Below, piece after piece: positions 63,001 through 64,000 of a stretch of 64,000 nucleotides of DNA. Position 1 is the first letter of the stretch; the number at the start of each line of letters is the position of its first letter. Where the stretch lies: contig NC_043005.1 in the NCBI RefSeq assembly GCF_006345805.1, positions 71,052,001-71,116,000 on the forward strand, in the 5' to 3' direction. Position numbers and translations under genes: made by a program. Origin of the DNA: Octopus sinensis. Taxonomy: Eukaryota. The notes beneath the pieces were generated by a model. The model had not been told where the DNA came from. It searched no databases and was given only the letters and a program-made list of their open reading frames with translations.

Positions 63001-63324
63001 TGTTTGTTTGTCCATGGACAAGATATCTCAAGAACCGCTGGATGGATTCGGATGAAAATTCCAGGGATGTTTGGCCTCGTGACTGGCACAAACTGATTAG
63101 ATTTTCGGATCAATCCGATACCGGACAAGGATTCTTGATTATTTTTCCTGTTTTTTTTTACTTAATTTTTGAAAGCGGTCGAGTTAATTTTTAGTATTCT
63201 CGTTTGTGAGAGCCGTCGAGTTTATATCGGATATTCTCATTTTAAAAATCATCTCCGGCTAATCGTTGAGAGGACGTTGGTGTTGCCTTGGCGGAGGTTT
63301 GCGCTCTTCGAGTGCTCTTCTATT
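62953..63324 (+). mobile_element. Helentron-associated (HINE-like) element
   Basis: Homologous to 40183-40519; ends CCTTGGCGGAGGTTTGCGCTCTTCGAGTGC. Confidence 0.6.
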
Positions 63325-64000
63325 ATATTGTGATGATAGAGAAACTAGTGGATATTCATGGGTTGCATTCACTTCATCATTATACATCTCACTTAAATAC
63401 TTTTAGATTCATAAGAACCAAATCCTGCAGAAACTCAAGGTTTTCCTAGCGATATTCAATCATTACCCTCAACAAAACAGTTTCAGACGTTGTGTGGGTT
63501 TTAGATACACCAGTTTTGTCTCTATCACTCCTTTTTTTATCAAAAAGATCAAGACCTGACTTATTTAGGCAATATCTGTTTCGACTTCTGGTAATTTATT
63601 TAAGAGTCACACACTTGGTGTTATCAACAGTTTTAACATATTTTGTATGTAATCAGAGAGTATTTGTCTGTAGCATTCTTCATATTTGTTTCATTGATGA
63701 TGAAACCACAAGGTTTTTGTGTTTTTTCTTTCTTTTTTTATGATGTGACTTAATGTACAAAATTCGAAATTAGTATGCGATGAAAACAAAATACGTATTG
63801 AGGAAAGCGATTCGTACTGTGCTGACCAACATTGGTATTGTTAAGTTTCAGAGTGAATGTGTTCAGGTTTCCATCCTGGAAGCCGTACAAATATTGTTAC
63901 ATCAAGCTAAAATTGAAAAGCTCAGCTCACAGATTTTTCTCTATTGGTTGAAAACTAGGGGAAAAAAAGAGGAAAAACACCAAAATAGATGCGGTTTTAT

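Overview
This is eukaryotic, repeat-dominated genomic DNA. The SINE, microsatellite and LINE content suggests a coleoid cephalopod, probably Octopus; that is an inference, not a database result. No host gene can be supported. Bases 1-21 kb hold a minus-strand, head-to-tail stack of five divergent Tx1-clade (L1 group) non-LTR retrotransposons, labelled A to E here, with a Gypsy fragment between A and B. Element D is a 1.79 kb ORF1-only element inserted with an 18-bp target-site duplication (TSD) into the terminal tail of E. Elements B, C, D and E share a ~40-nt 3' tail, and B, C and E (weakly D) carry two 3'-UTR hairpins with complementary GGGG/CCCC loops. The same tail ends a tRNA-derived SINE found several times at 34-60 kb, often joined into the tRNA-like head of another SINE. 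A splice-donor consensus lies at the ORF1 end of A, B and C. After a 100-N gap, 21-64 kb is AT-rich sequence with microsatellites and SINEs. It also holds Penelope-type elements with minimal hammerhead ribozyme motifs (including a tRNA-headed hammerhead SINE), non-autonomous Helitron/Helentron-type elements, and relics of CR1, R4-type, mariner and hAT elements.
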